NCBI GenBank assembly: GCA_913054455.1
Contig: CAJXIL010000002.1
Location: 19,755 to 83,754, forward strand
Source: an uncultured Roseobacter sp.
GTDB taxonomy: Bacteria > Pseudomonadota > Alphaproteobacteria > Rhodobacterales > Rhodobacteraceae
Direction of reading: 5' to 3'
DNA: 64,000 nt
Notes under the pieces: model-generated
What the model was told of the DNA's origin: nothing
Seen by the model: only the letters and a program-made list of their open reading frames with translations
Databases searched by the model: none
Part shown: one piece after another, positions 49,894-59,136 of the stretch
How positions within the stretch are numbered: the first letter of the stretch is position 1
How the letters are laid out: the number at the start of each line of letters is the position of its first letter
Position numbers and translations under genes: made by a program

Positions 49894-50092
49894 GTTGGCA
49901 GGTCTCCCGGCTTGCGGATTTCGACGGGCGAGGCCTGTCTGCGGTGCTCTTGCCTTCCCGGCACGGTGGGCCAGTGGCATCAGAGACCTTTCCGGTCACG
50001 GTCGCGGGGGCGGCTGTGCTTGAGAGCTGATAGCAAAAATCCCTATCAGCCTGTCACATTCCCTCTTCGCCTGCAATTTGCAGGAACCAACA
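49894..50092 (-). ncRNA. Cobalamin riboswitch heading DUF1636-cobW-cobN...
   Basis: Minus strand: GGTTCC...GAGGGAATGTGA...GCCGCCCCCGCGACCGTG...GCCACTG...GGGAAGG...AGCCGGGAGACCTGCC. Confidence 0.93.
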
Positions 50093-50157
50093 AAAACCCC
50101 CTTGCGCTATTGGGGGCTTCCTTGTCAAGACTTGGGCAAACAGCAGGAGTGAACCCC

Positions 50158-50793
50158 GTGAGTGATAAGTCCGAAACCGGCGTTTCAGAAGAGGAAGCGG
50201 CACGTCACGCCTCCAAGATGGCCAAGAAGAAGGCCGCCCGCGATCGCATGATGAAAAACAAGGATGGTGAAAAGGGGCTGATCATCGTCCACACGGGTCC
50301 GGGCAAGGGCAAATCCAGTTCGGGATTCGGTATGATCATGCGGTGTATTGCCCATGGAATGCCCTCGGCTGTGGTGCAGTTTATCAAGGGCGCATGGCAG
50401 ACAGGTGAGCGCACGCTGATCGAAGAGAACTTCAGTGATCTGTGCCAATTCTACGCCATGGGCGAGGGGTTCACCTGGGAAACCCAGGATAAGGCGCGCG
50501 ATATCGCCGCAGCAAAAAAGGGCTGGGAAAAGGCCAAGGAAATGATCCGCGATGAGCGCAACACCATGGTGCTTTTGGATGAGATCAACATCGCGCTGCG
50601 CTATGACTATCTGGATCTAGAGGAAGTGCTCGAGTTTCTGGTGGAGGAAAAGCCGCCGATGACGCATGTGGTGTTGACTGGGCGCAACGCCAAGGACGAG
50701 CTGATCGAGATTGCTGATTTGGTGACTGAGATGGGCCAGATCAAGCACCCCTTCCGCGCCGGTGTGAAGGCGCAAAAGGGCGTCGAGTTTTAG
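50158..50793 (+). CDS. cobO: Cob(I)yrinic acid a,c-diamide adenosyltransferase
   Basis: 'HTGPGKGKS', 'VQFIKG', 'GEGFTW', 'LLDEIN', 'LTGR', 'KHPF..G'. GTG start 50158 follows AGGAG. Confidence 0.95.
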   Translation: MSDKSETGVSEEEAARHASKMAKKKAARDRMMKNKDGEKGLIIVHTGPGKGKSSSGFGMIMRCIAHGMPSAVVQFIKGAWQTGERTLIEENFSDLCQFYAMGEGFTWETQDKARDIAAAKKGWEKAKEMIRDERNTMVLLDEINIALRYDYLDLEEVLEFLVEEKPPMTHVVLTGRNAKDELIEIADLVTEMGQIKHPFRAGVKAQKGVEF

Positions 50794-50976
50794 CTCTAGT
50801 ATTGCAGGGGTAGGGCCCCTTTCTGGGCTGAGGCAACAGGTTGTTTCGCGTGCGAAACAGCCTGTCAGCTTTGCTGATACAAATCCTGGGCGTTGCACAG
50901 GGTGCGGGCGGCTAGGGGTTGAGTGCCTGCAACGTCTGGTTAGCGTTCCTTAAGGGTTTCAGCGCCTTGCGCGCCG

Positions 50977-52554
50977 TTAGGCGCTGCCCCTGGTCAGCTG
51001 GCCTTGAATGTAGGCATCCACAGCCGCGCGCTGGCTGTCATCCAATCGCAGGTTCAGTTTGGTGCGCCGCAGCAGGAAATCCTGACCTGTGCGGACCCAT
51101 TCATGGGTGACGACCCAGTCCAGTTCACGCGCTGTGATGGTCGCGCCAAAGTCCTGGCCCAGATCGGCGGCGGTTTTGGCGTCGCCCAAAACATCCCAGG
51201 CCTCCAGACCATAGGCCCGCATTAGCCGGCGGGTCGCGTAAGGCGACAAAAAGGGATAGTCGCTTGCCAGTTTTGCCGTCAGCTTGCTCACATCGGCCAC
51301 TGGAAAATCACCGCCGGGCATGGCGACGCCAGCGGTCCAATTGCCGGAAAGCCCTGGTAGAGCTTCGCCAATCTTGGCCAAGGCAGCCTCTGCCAGTTTC
51401 CGGTAAGTGGTGATCTTACCACCAAAGACATTGAGCAATGGCGCCTGTGTCTGATCCAGTGTCAGCACATATTCGCGGGTCGCCGCCGTAGCCGAACTGG
51501 CCCCATCGTCATAAAGCGGACGGACCCCGGAATAGGTCCAGATGATATCATCGCGGCTGATTGGTGTGTCAAAATACTGCGAAGCAAATTTAACCAGATA
51601 GTCTTGCTCCTGCGGGGTGCATTCCGGTGCGGTTTGCGGGTCCGGGTGATCCGCATCGGTGGTGCCGATCAGGGTGTAGTCTTCCTCGTAAGGGATAGCA
51701 AAAATAATGCGCCCATCCTCTCCCTGGAAGAAATAGCAACGCCCGTGATCAAAGAGTTTTGGCACCACGATATGGCTGCCACGCACCAGGCGTACGGTTT
51801 CGCGACTGTTCTGACCCAAAGTCTGACGGAGCAAATCTGCCACCCAGGGACCGCCGGCGTTGACCAGCATCTTGGCGCGGTGTTCTTGGGTTTCCCCGCT
51901 CGCGTGATCCTTGACGGTAATGATCCAGTGATCTGCCCCGCGTTGGGCACTCAAGACTTCGGTACGGGTCATGATCTGCGCCTCGCGGGCGGCCGCATCG
52001 CGGGCATTCAGCACCACCAAGCGAGCGTCTTCAACCCAGCAGTCCGAATATTCAAACGCCTTTTTGAACTTGGTTTTCAGTGGTCGGCCAGCTACATCCG
52101 TTGTGAGATCCACTGTGCTGGTGCCCGGCAGAATGCCGCGTTTGCCCAGACTGTCGTAGAGAAACAGGCCGAGACGGATGAGCCAGGCCGGTCGGCGTCC
52201 TTTCATCCAGGGCATGAATGTGGTCAGCAGTTTGGAAGTCGGCGTATCGTTGTCGAACCGCATGTCCTTATGGAAGGGCAGCACAAACCGCATAGGCCAG
52301 GAGATATGCGGCATCGCGCTCAACAGAACTTCGCGTTCGATCAAGGCCTCACGCACTAGGCGGAACTCAAAATACTCCAGGTAGCGCAACCCGCCGTGGA
52401 ACAACTTGGTTGAGGCCGATGAGGTGGCTGAAGCCAGATCGTTCATTTCAGCCAGAGTGACAGACAGGCCGCGGCCGGCAGCGTCACGGGCGATGCCACA
52501 GCCATTAATGCCGCCGCCAATGATGAAGAGGTCGGTGATTTTTGGATCAGTCAT
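50977..52554 (-). CDS. glpD: FAD-dependent glycerol-3-phosphate dehydrogenase
   Basis: 'IGGGINGCGIARDAAGRG', 'TSSASTKL.HGGLRYLE', 'GVRPLYDDG', 'GGKITTYR'. Confidence 0.95.
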   Translation of the reverse strand: MTDPKITDLFIIGGGINGCGIARDAAGRGLSVTLAEMNDLASATSSASTKLFHGGLRYLEYFEFRLVREALIEREVLLSAMPHISWPMRFVLPFHKDMRFDNDTPTSKLLTTFMPWMKGRRPAWLIRLGLFLYDSLGKRGILPGTSTVDLTTDVAGRPLKTKFKKAFEYSDCWVEDARLVVLNARDAAAREAQIMTRTEVLSAQRGADHWIITVKDHASGETQEHRAKMLVNAGGPWVADLLRQTLGQNSRETVRLVRGSHIVVPKLFDHGRCYFFQGEDGRIIFAIPYEEDYTLIGTTDADHPDPQTAPECTPQEQDYLVKFASQYFDTPISRDDIIWTYSGVRPLYDDGASSATAATREYVLTLDQTQAPLLNVFGGKITTYRKLAEAALAKIGEALPGLSGNWTAGVAMPGGDFPVADVSKLTAKLASDYPFLSPYATRRLMRAYGLEAWDVLGDAKTAADLGQDFGATITARELDWVVTHEWVRTGQDFLLRRTKLNLRLDDSQRAAVDAYIQGQLTRGSA

Positions 52555-53344
52555 TTTCGCGGCTTTCGTTTTGATTTCGGTTGGAGTTGGCGCAGAGGAT
52601 CCGGGTGCCTGCAGCACTGGCGGCCTGACAAAAAGAGGTGGGGGGCATGTGATCGGTGATGATCACGTCCAGATCAGGCAGGCCGCAGATCCGTACCGGG
52701 GCAGAGCGCGCAAATTTACTGCCATCACAGAGCAGTATCGTTGTGCGTGCATTTTTTAGGATGGCGCGGGCGACCGAGACTTCACGGGCGTCATGGTCCA
52801 GCACGGCGCCGTCTTCGTCGAGCGCTGAAGCGCCAATAACGGCGTAATCCACCTTGTAACGGGAAATGAATTCAACGGCGTCCTCGCCGATGATCGCACC
52901 GTCACTTTGGCGTACCGTACCACCAACTAGGATGAGCTCTTTTGTTTCACCGCCCATCATTAGATTTATAATATTGATATTATTAGATAAAACTGTAAGT
53001 CCGCGATGATTTTCAAGGGCGCGGGCCGCCTGTTCAGTGGAGGTGCCAATATTGAGTGCCAATGAGCAATTGTCTGGAATAACCTCCGCCAGAAGGGCCG
53101 CCATGGCCTGTTTCGCTGTGGCGTTGTGCTTGCGCCGCTCTGCATAGGCGCGGTTGGCAGCCGAACTGACGCGAACCGCACCGCCATGAACCCGTGACAA
53201 CGCCCCGCGCGCGGCCAGATCTCGCAGGTCGGTGCGGATGGTCTGAAGGGAGACCTCAAAGAGCGCGGCGAGGTCTTCGACCTCCACGCGCTCTTGGCTG
53301 TTTAGCAGGTTCAGGATCTTGTCGTGGCGATTCGCGGCATCCAT
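52547..53344 (-). CDS. glpR: DeoR/GlpR family repressor
   Basis: 'VSLQTIRTDL', 'RVHGGA', 'NIGTST'; directly upstream of glpD. Confidence 0.9.
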   Translation of the reverse strand: MDAANRHDKILNLLNSQERVEVEDLAALFEVSLQTIRTDLRDLAARGALSRVHGGAVRVSSAANRAYAERRKHNATAKQAMAALLAEVIPDNCSLALNIGTSTEQAARALENHRGLTVLSNNINIINLMMGGETKELILVGGTVRQSDGAIIGEDAVEFISRYKVDYAVIGASALDEDGAVLDHDAREVSVARAILKNARTTILLCDGSKFARSAPVRICGLPDLDVIITDHMPPTSFCQAASAAGTRILCANSNRNQNESREND

Positions 53345-53475
53345 GGGCTTTCCTTTTACGAGGATGCCTATCGGATCAGTTGATTTTTGTCACTATTTGT
53401 TTTCGATTTGCTTGCGAGACGACGGTTTTCGAAAGTAGCGCCTGAGCGACGACATGCCGGGGTCTGCGTCGCGGT

Positions 53476-54561
53476 CTAGGTCAGCGGCACAAGGTGGTTA
53501 TCCCAGGCCAGATCATGGTGCTTTAGCTGTTTGGCGAGGCGTCCAGTCAGAACGGCAATCTCGCCGAGGCCGGTGCTGGCGATCAGCCCGCTGCGCGCAG
53601 TGGCAAGACCACAGACATCACGCAGCGCGTGTTCCTGGATAAGGTTTCCACTGTTGGTTTCCATCACTTGCACCACGCCACCCCTGGGGGAGGTCACAGC
53701 GATAGCCTGATCGTCGGGGCTAAACGCGACGGAGCCGCCGTAGCCGCGCATGTTACGCAGCCGAGGGTCTCCTTCAGCCAACAAGCGGGCTGACCTGCCA
53801 GGTTCATAGAGCCCAAGCAGCGGCAGATCTGCGCTAGGATCCCCTTGCCACTGCATTGCAAAGCCCACAATGCCCTGAGACGAAAGTGCAAGGTGGCGGA
53901 TCGAATTGAGGTGCAAATCGGGGCCAAGTTCCATCTCCTCCAGCACTTCCCCCTCCAGGGACAGCAAGCAAATGTTGGGACGCATCTGCGGTAAGTTCAG
54001 TTTGGCGCGGCCACTGTCTGGGTGGGTCTCAATTCCGCCATTGGCAATGGCAAGCTGGGGTCCGCCCTGGCTGTGGCGCAACAGCATGTCATGGGGACCG
54101 ATGCCACCAGAGCCAAAGCTGCCGAAACGGCGATAACCCTCAGCCACGTGCCAGATGCCAATCCTGCCACGCCCATTCTCATAGTCGTTTTCGGTGGTGA
54201 ACAGGCGAGAGCCATCCGGGGTGAACAGCCCGTGACCATAAAAATGATGCCCCTGCGGTGGTTCCAAGCGCGCAAGAGGCGCTCCATTGCGGCAATCTAT
54301 GACATCGGCAAATCGACCGGGGCGCCGGGCAAATGCAACGGCCTCGGGGCGTGTTGGATGGGCTGCGGCGGCGTGGCCCCGGCCGGGCAGTGGGCAGGTG
54401 AACTGGATTGCGCCAGTCTCAGACAGGCCTGCCAGCAGGTAGCGTCCATCGGGATCTTTTGCGGCGGTAAGAAAGGCTGGCCGGCCGAGGTCTGCCCAGC
54501 TCGGGGTGGGGGCCAGGCTACTTGCAAGAAGGCCTGCAAGAAAACCGCGTCGCGAGGTCAT
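53476..54561 (-). CDS. DUF1513 Tat-exported beta-propeller protein
   Basis: Tat motif 'SRRGFL', 'RGH', 'ARRPG', 'HFYGHG', 'TTEND', 'GIGPHD', 'ANGGIETHPD', 'SIRHL'. Confidence 0.92.
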   Translation of the reverse strand: MTSRRGFLAGLLASSLAPTPSWADLGRPAFLTAAKDPDGRYLLAGLSETGAIQFTCPLPGRGHAAAAHPTRPEAVAFARRPGRFADVIDCRNGAPLARLEPPQGHHFYGHGLFTPDGSRLFTTENDYENGRGRIGIWHVAEGYRRFGSFGSGGIGPHDMLLRHSQGGPQLAIANGGIETHPDSGRAKLNLPQMRPNICLLSLEGEVLEEMELGPDLHLNSIRHLALSSQGIVGFAMQWQGDPSADLPLLGLYEPGRSARLLAEGDPRLRNMRGYGGSVAFSPDDQAIAVTSPRGGVVQVMETNSGNLIQEHALRDVCGLATARSGLIASTGLGEIAVLTGRLAKQLKHHDLAWDNHLVPLT

Positions 54562-54586
54562 AGGCCATGTCCTTCTTCAAAATGGG

Positions 54587-55591
54587 TTAGTCGCCGTCCA
54601 GTGAATTGAACCCGGCCAGAACCCCAAGGGAGGGCCCCAGGTCACTTTCGATCAGAGCTCGCAGGTCGTTGACCTCCTGCTGGAGCGCTTCAAGGCGGAA
54701 GCGTTTGGCTGGGTCGGCAACCCCTTCTAGGCGCGGATCATCCAGTCGCAGAGCCCGCAGTATTGGCTTTTGGAAGGCGGCCTCCAGTCGGGCTATCAGG
54801 TCTTGATCTCCATCAGCCAGGGCAATGGCCAAAGGCTGCAACGATTGTAGCGCCAAAACAATGTGATGTTGGCTACGACCCGAGCGCCAGGCCTCTGCAC
54901 GTTTGGGGCGTGGCTTGTCAAAGCTGCCCAAGGGACGGCCCAATCGCATATCCGCCAGCAGTTGCAGGCCTGTATTCAAGGATTTGTAGAGCTCTTGTTT
55001 GACTTCGGTTTCGTCTTGATAGCGTCCAGATGCGTTGCGCATCTGATTGGCATAGGAGTTCTGCCAATCCTGGTAGATATCGGCGGTATTTGTGGCGATA
55101 TCCTGGGCCATGGCGGCGGTCAGGGCGCAGCGGTACGCATGTGGCTCGGCGCTGGTGAAGTTCTGATCAAAATACATGAACTCCAGCGCATAAAAACCGC
55201 GCCCCGCGATTGAGGATTGGGCGAAACCTTCCGAGGTTAGCAGCGTGGGATCGGTATCGCGGAGGTGTTTGGCCAGGGTTTTTGGGGTTTTGCCACGGCT
55301 GTCAGGCCAAAAGGCCAGCGCAAAGGCGCGATTGTTGGTCTCTGTTGGGCCAAAGCGCAAGTGGCTGACCCGAACCCAGGCGTCAAAGGCCTGATGATAG
55401 GCGTCGCGCAGCGAGCTGGTGCTTGGGCGGCAGGTGGTATCTGCAATCCTGGCCAGATCCTCGCTGCTCTCGGCCAGGGCCTGCATGTCAGGCAGAATCT
55501 GATCGTCAAGGATTTCATCTACCATATCGGCGCGCGCCGGGGTGGTCATGACGGCGGCGCAGGCAGCCAGTGCTAATATAATGTGTTTCAA
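54587..55591 (-). CDS. Imelysin-like protein
   Basis: Signal peptide, 'FWPD.RG', 'RGFYALEF', 'AEAWRSGRS', C-terminal 'GFNSLDGD'. TTG start 55591. Confidence 0.9.
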   Translation of the reverse strand: MKHIILALAACAAVMTTPARADMVDEILDDQILPDMQALAESSEDLARIADTTCRPSTSSLRDAYHQAFDAWVRVSHLRFGPTETNNRAFALAFWPDSRGKTPKTLAKHLRDTDPTLLTSEGFAQSSIAGRGFYALEFMYFDQNFTSAEPHAYRCALTAAMAQDIATNTADIYQDWQNSYANQMRNASGRYQDETEVKQELYKSLNTGLQLLADMRLGRPLGSFDKPRPKRAEAWRSGRSQHHIVLALQSLQPLAIALADGDQDLIARLEAAFQKPILRALRLDDPRLEGVADPAKRFRLEALQQEVNDLRALIESDLGPSLGVLAGFNSLDGD

Positions 55592-55592
55592 G

Positions 55593-57146
55593 TCAGAGGC
55601 TTTCCAGAAAACGTATGAGGGCGGCCCGGTCTGCAGGGGCAAGCGTTATCACCCGATCGCGGGCGGGCCCTGCTTCGCCGCCATGCCAGAGAATGGCCTC
55701 AAGCAGAGTACGGGCGCGACCATCATGCAGATAGGTGGCCAAGGGATTGACCTGTTTGGTTAGGCCGATGCCCCAAAGCGGGGCAGTGCGCCATTCTTGG
55801 CCTGTGGCGCGCCCCTCGGGGCGATTGTCCGCCAGATCTGGCCCCATGTCGTGCAGCAAGAGGTCGCTATAGGGCCAAATCAATTGAAAGCTGTTCTCGG
55901 GTCGATCTACCAAGCGCTGGGTCACATATTTGGGCCGATGGCAGCTAGTACACTCGCTGCTGTAGAACAGCTCTTTGCCGCGCAGAACCTGTGGATCATC
56001 GCTGTCGCGACGGGCTGGCACCGCGAGATTACGGCTATAGAACGTCACCAAATCCATATTGGCCTGATCAATTTCATGGCCCCGGATATCGCCGTCACCA
56101 TGGGGAGCGGTCAGACAATGTGTCTGGCGCCCGGTACAGTCACCGGCAGGGCTAGGGAACAGGGGCGTCGAGATGCCTATATCACCGGAAAAGGCTGCGG
56201 CAGATTGCTGATGCACTGTCGGCATTCCTGCCTTGTAGCCAAAGCGCCCTAGCATGATTTGGTTGAACTCGGGCGACCAAGAGAGGTTGGCGCGGCCAGA
56301 GATACCATTGCCATCGCGGTCCGTCTCATCTGCATATTCAAGGATATCAGCGGTTGAAATCGCCTCTAACAAGCCGAGGCCAATCATTTGGGGTGCCAGC
56401 CGGGGTGAGAGCATGGCCTGCGGGTGGAGGGGGCCATAGCCAAGCTCTGCCACACTATAGTGGGGGGCGCGCAGGGTTACGGTTTCGCCCCCGGCCAGTT
56501 GGACCTGCCGTGGGCTGTATTGCACGCGAAACCGATATTCCGGTGCCAGACCGGGGGGGGAAAAGTCCTGGAGCTGATTGCCATAGTTGGGATCGGGTGC
56601 GGTGCCGATGTAGTCTGTGACTGGCTGCAGGTTTGTCGGCACGTCGCCGGGGATAGATATGCGCAGAAACATCGAGGCGGAACGATAATCGGGATTCTCA
56701 GGAACTGTCCCGCGCCCATCCTTGATGTGACAGCGTTGGCAGCTGCGGGCGTTATATAGCGGGCCTAACCCATCGGAGGCCAGGGTAGAGGCGGGGGAAA
56801 AGACCCAGATCTTCTTGAACAGCCCATTGCCAAGTTTGAACTCCAGCTCCTGCTCAAACGAGAGATTGGCGCTATGCTGGGAAAAGGCTTCGTCATCACT
56901 GCGCGCGCGTACTGTCGCGCCGCCGGCAGGGTTCTCTTCAAAGGCTTCAGAGGTTGTGAAATCCTGCGTGGCCGCTGTCACTTCCGCAACGCGGGCCTGT
57001 TCTGCGGCGCTGCGGGGCAGGCGTTTCAGGTGAGGGTCCCCGAGAGGCAAAACCGATAGATCGAGGGGGAGCGAAGCTGTCGGATCAATGGCAGAGGCAG
57101 GGGAGGCCGCCGCAAGCGCGGCAGCCAGAAGGAGCTTACTCTTCAA
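55593..57146 (-). CDS. Di-heme oxidoreductase family protein (DHOR/DUF1111)
   Basis: Two CxxCH motifs (CQRCH, CTSCH), 'GLGLLEAI', 'DLLLHDMG', 'WRTAPLWG', 'LHDGRAR...EAILWHGGE'. TTG start near 57146. Confidence 0.92.
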   Translation of the reverse strand: MKSKLLLAAALAAASPASAIDPTASLPLDLSVLPLGDPHLKRLPRSAAEQARVAEVTAATQDFTTSEAFEENPAGGATVRARSDDEAFSQHSANLSFEQELEFKLGNGLFKKIWVFSPASTLASDGLGPLYNARSCQRCHIKDGRGTVPENPDYRSASMFLRISIPGDVPTNLQPVTDYIGTAPDPNYGNQLQDFSPPGLAPEYRFRVQYSPRQVQLAGGETVTLRAPHYSVAELGYGPLHPQAMLSPRLAPQMIGLGLLEAISTADILEYADETDRDGNGISGRANLSWSPEFNQIMLGRFGYKAGMPTVHQQSAAAFSGDIGISTPLFPSPAGDCTGRQTHCLTAPHGDGDIRGHEIDQANMDLVTFYSRNLAVPARRDSDDPQVLRGKELFYSSECTSCHRPKYVTQRLVDRPENSFQLIWPYSDLLLHDMGPDLADNRPEGRATGQEWRTAPLWGIGLTKQVNPLATYLHDGRARTLLEAILWHGGEAGPARDRVITLAPADRAALIRFLESL

Positions 57147-57624
57147 CCGCTTCCATTTTGGTGGCGTTGAGTTGTGCATAGTTTTCGGCACCAATCCGAT
57201 CGTGAAGGTCAAGCTGAGTTTCGAGGAAGTCGATATGCCCCTCTTCGTCTGCCATCAATGTCTCAAACAGTTTCATGGTCACGTAGTCACCTGCCTCATT
57301 GCAGACTTCGCGGGCCTCTTTATACAGCGCGCGGGCGCTTTCTTCGGCAGCAAGATCGCATTCCAGTGTTTCTTTTGGGGTCTGACCGATGCGCAGCGGG
57401 TCCAGCTTTTGCAGATTGGGGTGACCGCCCAGGAACAGGATACGTTCAATCAGATCATCTGCATGCTGCATCTCTTCGATGCTTTCTTCACGGCTCTTTT
57501 TGGCCATGCTGCCCAGTCCCCAATCGTCCTGCAGACGGTAGTGGAGCCAGTACTGGCTGACGGCTGTCAGCTCATGACGCAGCGCTTTGTTGAGATAGTC
57601 GATGACTTTGGGGTCGCCCTTCAT
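57136..57624 (-). CDS. bfr: Bacterioferritin
   Basis: 'MKGD..VI..LN', 'ELTAVSQY', 'EEMQHA' (heme Met), 'DEEGH'. Confidence 0.97.
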   Translation of the reverse strand: MKGDPKVIDYLNKALRHELTAVSQYWLHYRLQDDWGLGSMAKKSREESIEEMQHADDLIERILFLGGHPNLQKLDPLRIGQTPKETLECDLAAEESARALYKEAREVCNEAGDYVTMKLFETLMADEEGHIDFLETQLDLHDRIGAENYAQLNATKMEAVEE

Positions 57625-57865
57625 AGGTACTCTCCTGAGTTGCTCGGCGGCGCAGATTTTGTAGCTGCACGGGTACAGTCATCTTATCATTACTGCGCAT
57701 GGTGTCGAGGAAGAGTGGCATGCATCCGCCACAATCTGCCGCTTTGCCAAGGGCATGGTAGATCTTCCCAGGTGTGATGATGGTGTCAGGGTCAGCATTT
57801 CGCATCCAGTCGATGGCGGCGTGGATGTCATGGTCTGAGATCGCAGTGCAGTGACAGATGATCAT
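57572..57865 (-). CDS. bfd: Bacterioferritin-associated [2Fe-2S] ferredoxin
   Basis: 'MIICHC' and 'CGGC'; immediately upstream of bfr and overlapping it. Confidence 0.88.
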   Translation of the reverse strand: MIICHCTAISDHDIHAAIDWMRNADPDTIITPGKIYHALGKAADCGGCMPLFLDTMRSNDKMTVPVQLQNLRRRATQESTYEGRPQSHRLSQQSAAS

Positions 57866-57919
57866 TCAAGAGGTCCCTGGGATGTGTCGCGCCGAGGAGT
57901 CGTTGGGTCGATGCAATGT

Positions 57920-57967
57920 CTGACAAAAACAATAAGAATACAAGGGAAGTCTTATTGTTTTTGTCAG
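57920..57967. promoter_or_regulatory. Two inverted Iron-Rhodo-like boxes upstream of bfd
   Basis: Perfect 18-bp IR CTGACAAAAACAATAAGA-N12-TCTTATTGTTTTTGTCAG; each arm resembles CTGAC-N7-GTCAG. Confidence 0.65.
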
Positions 57968-57983
57968 GTAATTGGGGTTTGCA

Positions 57984-58011
57984 AAGAGATGGGCCGCAGA
58001 ACTGCGACCCA
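57984..58011 (-). terminator. Probable terminator after the porin-like gene
   Basis: Minus strand TGGGTCGCAG-tt-CTGCGGCCCA followed by TCTCTTT. Confidence 0.5.
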
Positions 58012-58032
58012 AAGAGGTGTTTGAGGTCGGTG

Positions 58033-59046
58033 TTACCCGCCCAGAGGAATAATCAGGTTGAGGCCCAAAATGGTATCCTCGACACCGCTGTCATCTTGAA
58101 ATGCAAGAGCTCCGCCAAGGGCAAGGCCGTTTTCGAACTCATACTCCGCCGCAATTGAGTGCAAGTCGGTTTTTCCCGCAGTGTCCATGTCGCGCTGCGA
58201 CAGAGTGCCGGACAGGGTCCAGTTTCCAATGGCATAGGCTGCGTTCAGAGTGACAAAGCTGGCGTCATCGGCTGTGCCGCCAAAATTGCTGAAAGCTGCG
58301 ACCTCAGCAAAGAGATCAAGGCCGTTGTCAAAGGAGTGGCCAACGCCCGCGACAAAGCCCTGTTCGTCGTCCACATCGCCAAGGCTGGCACTGAGGTGGC
58401 GTGCACCAATATGGAAACGGGTATTGTCCACCTCATGAGCCCACTGGATCGCAAAGCTGTCCAGTTTGCCTGTGTTGCCTGCACCACCGGTATTGGATCG
58501 ATTGCGGCCACGGTCCGTGCCCCAGGAGCGGCTGAGCGCGGTGTCATCGGCAAAGAACAGGCCAAAGGACAGGGTGCCTGCACCGTTCAGCTCGACATCG
58601 GCCAAAACGCCCAGTTGTTCCGTCAGCTCATAGTCTTCGGAAAGGGTGCCGCCAAAGAAGCCCGCTGTATGGTCCCAAGCCCCACCAAAGACAGGGTGCA
58701 GTTTACCGATCGACACGGTCGTTGACTCGCCGATGCCAAAGCTGAAGCCGAGCTCTTCCACGTAGAGGCCCATGTCTTCAAAAGTGCGGTCCACAGTTGG
58801 GTCGGTGACGCTCTCACCGGTCAGCGTAGAAAAGATCGCCATGCCGTTGCCAAATGTGTAGGTGCCGGTGGCAGTGATAATGGCATAGGTATTGCGGATT
58901 TCATTGGCGGCCACATCAGAAGATATGACTTGTTCATTGCCAATTTCGATCTCGCCTTCCCAAGTGAAACCCTCAGCGAGTGCCGCATTTGCGCACAGGA
59001 CGACGGGGACGCTGAGGGCCAGCGCCGCAGTTGTTTTGAGTGTCAT
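58033..59046 (-). CDS. Putative outer-membrane beta-barrel (porin-like) protein
   Basis: Signal peptide, alternating amphipathic strands, porin-like 'GLYVEEL...VSIGK..P.FG..W', strongly acidic. Confidence 0.7.
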   Translation of the reverse strand: MTLKTTAALALSVPVVLCANAALAEGFTWEGEIEIGNEQVISSDVAANEIRNTYAIITATGTYTFGNGMAIFSTLTGESVTDPTVDRTFEDMGLYVEELGFSFGIGESTTVSIGKLHPVFGGAWDHTAGFFGGTLSEDYELTEQLGVLADVELNGAGTLSFGLFFADDTALSRSWGTDRGRNRSNTGGAGNTGKLDSFAIQWAHEVDNTRFHIGARHLSASLGDVDDEQGFVAGVGHSFDNGLDLFAEVAAFSNFGGTADDASFVTLNAAYAIGNWTLSGTLSQRDMDTAGKTDLHSIAAEYEFENGLALGGALAFQDDSGVEDTILGLNLIIPLGG

Positions 59047-59136
59047 TCAATTGTTTCTTTCTGATGGCGCGACCCGACCTAGGGGAGGTCAGGTCACTCT
59101 GGAGCAGTGTTCGTTATGTTATAACATAGTGGTTGA

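Noticed and set aside
49591-50157. Long N-terminal extension of cobO in the ORF track
   Set aside because: Runs antisense through DUF1636 and the riboswitch; a GTG with AGGAG at 50158 gives a normal CobO
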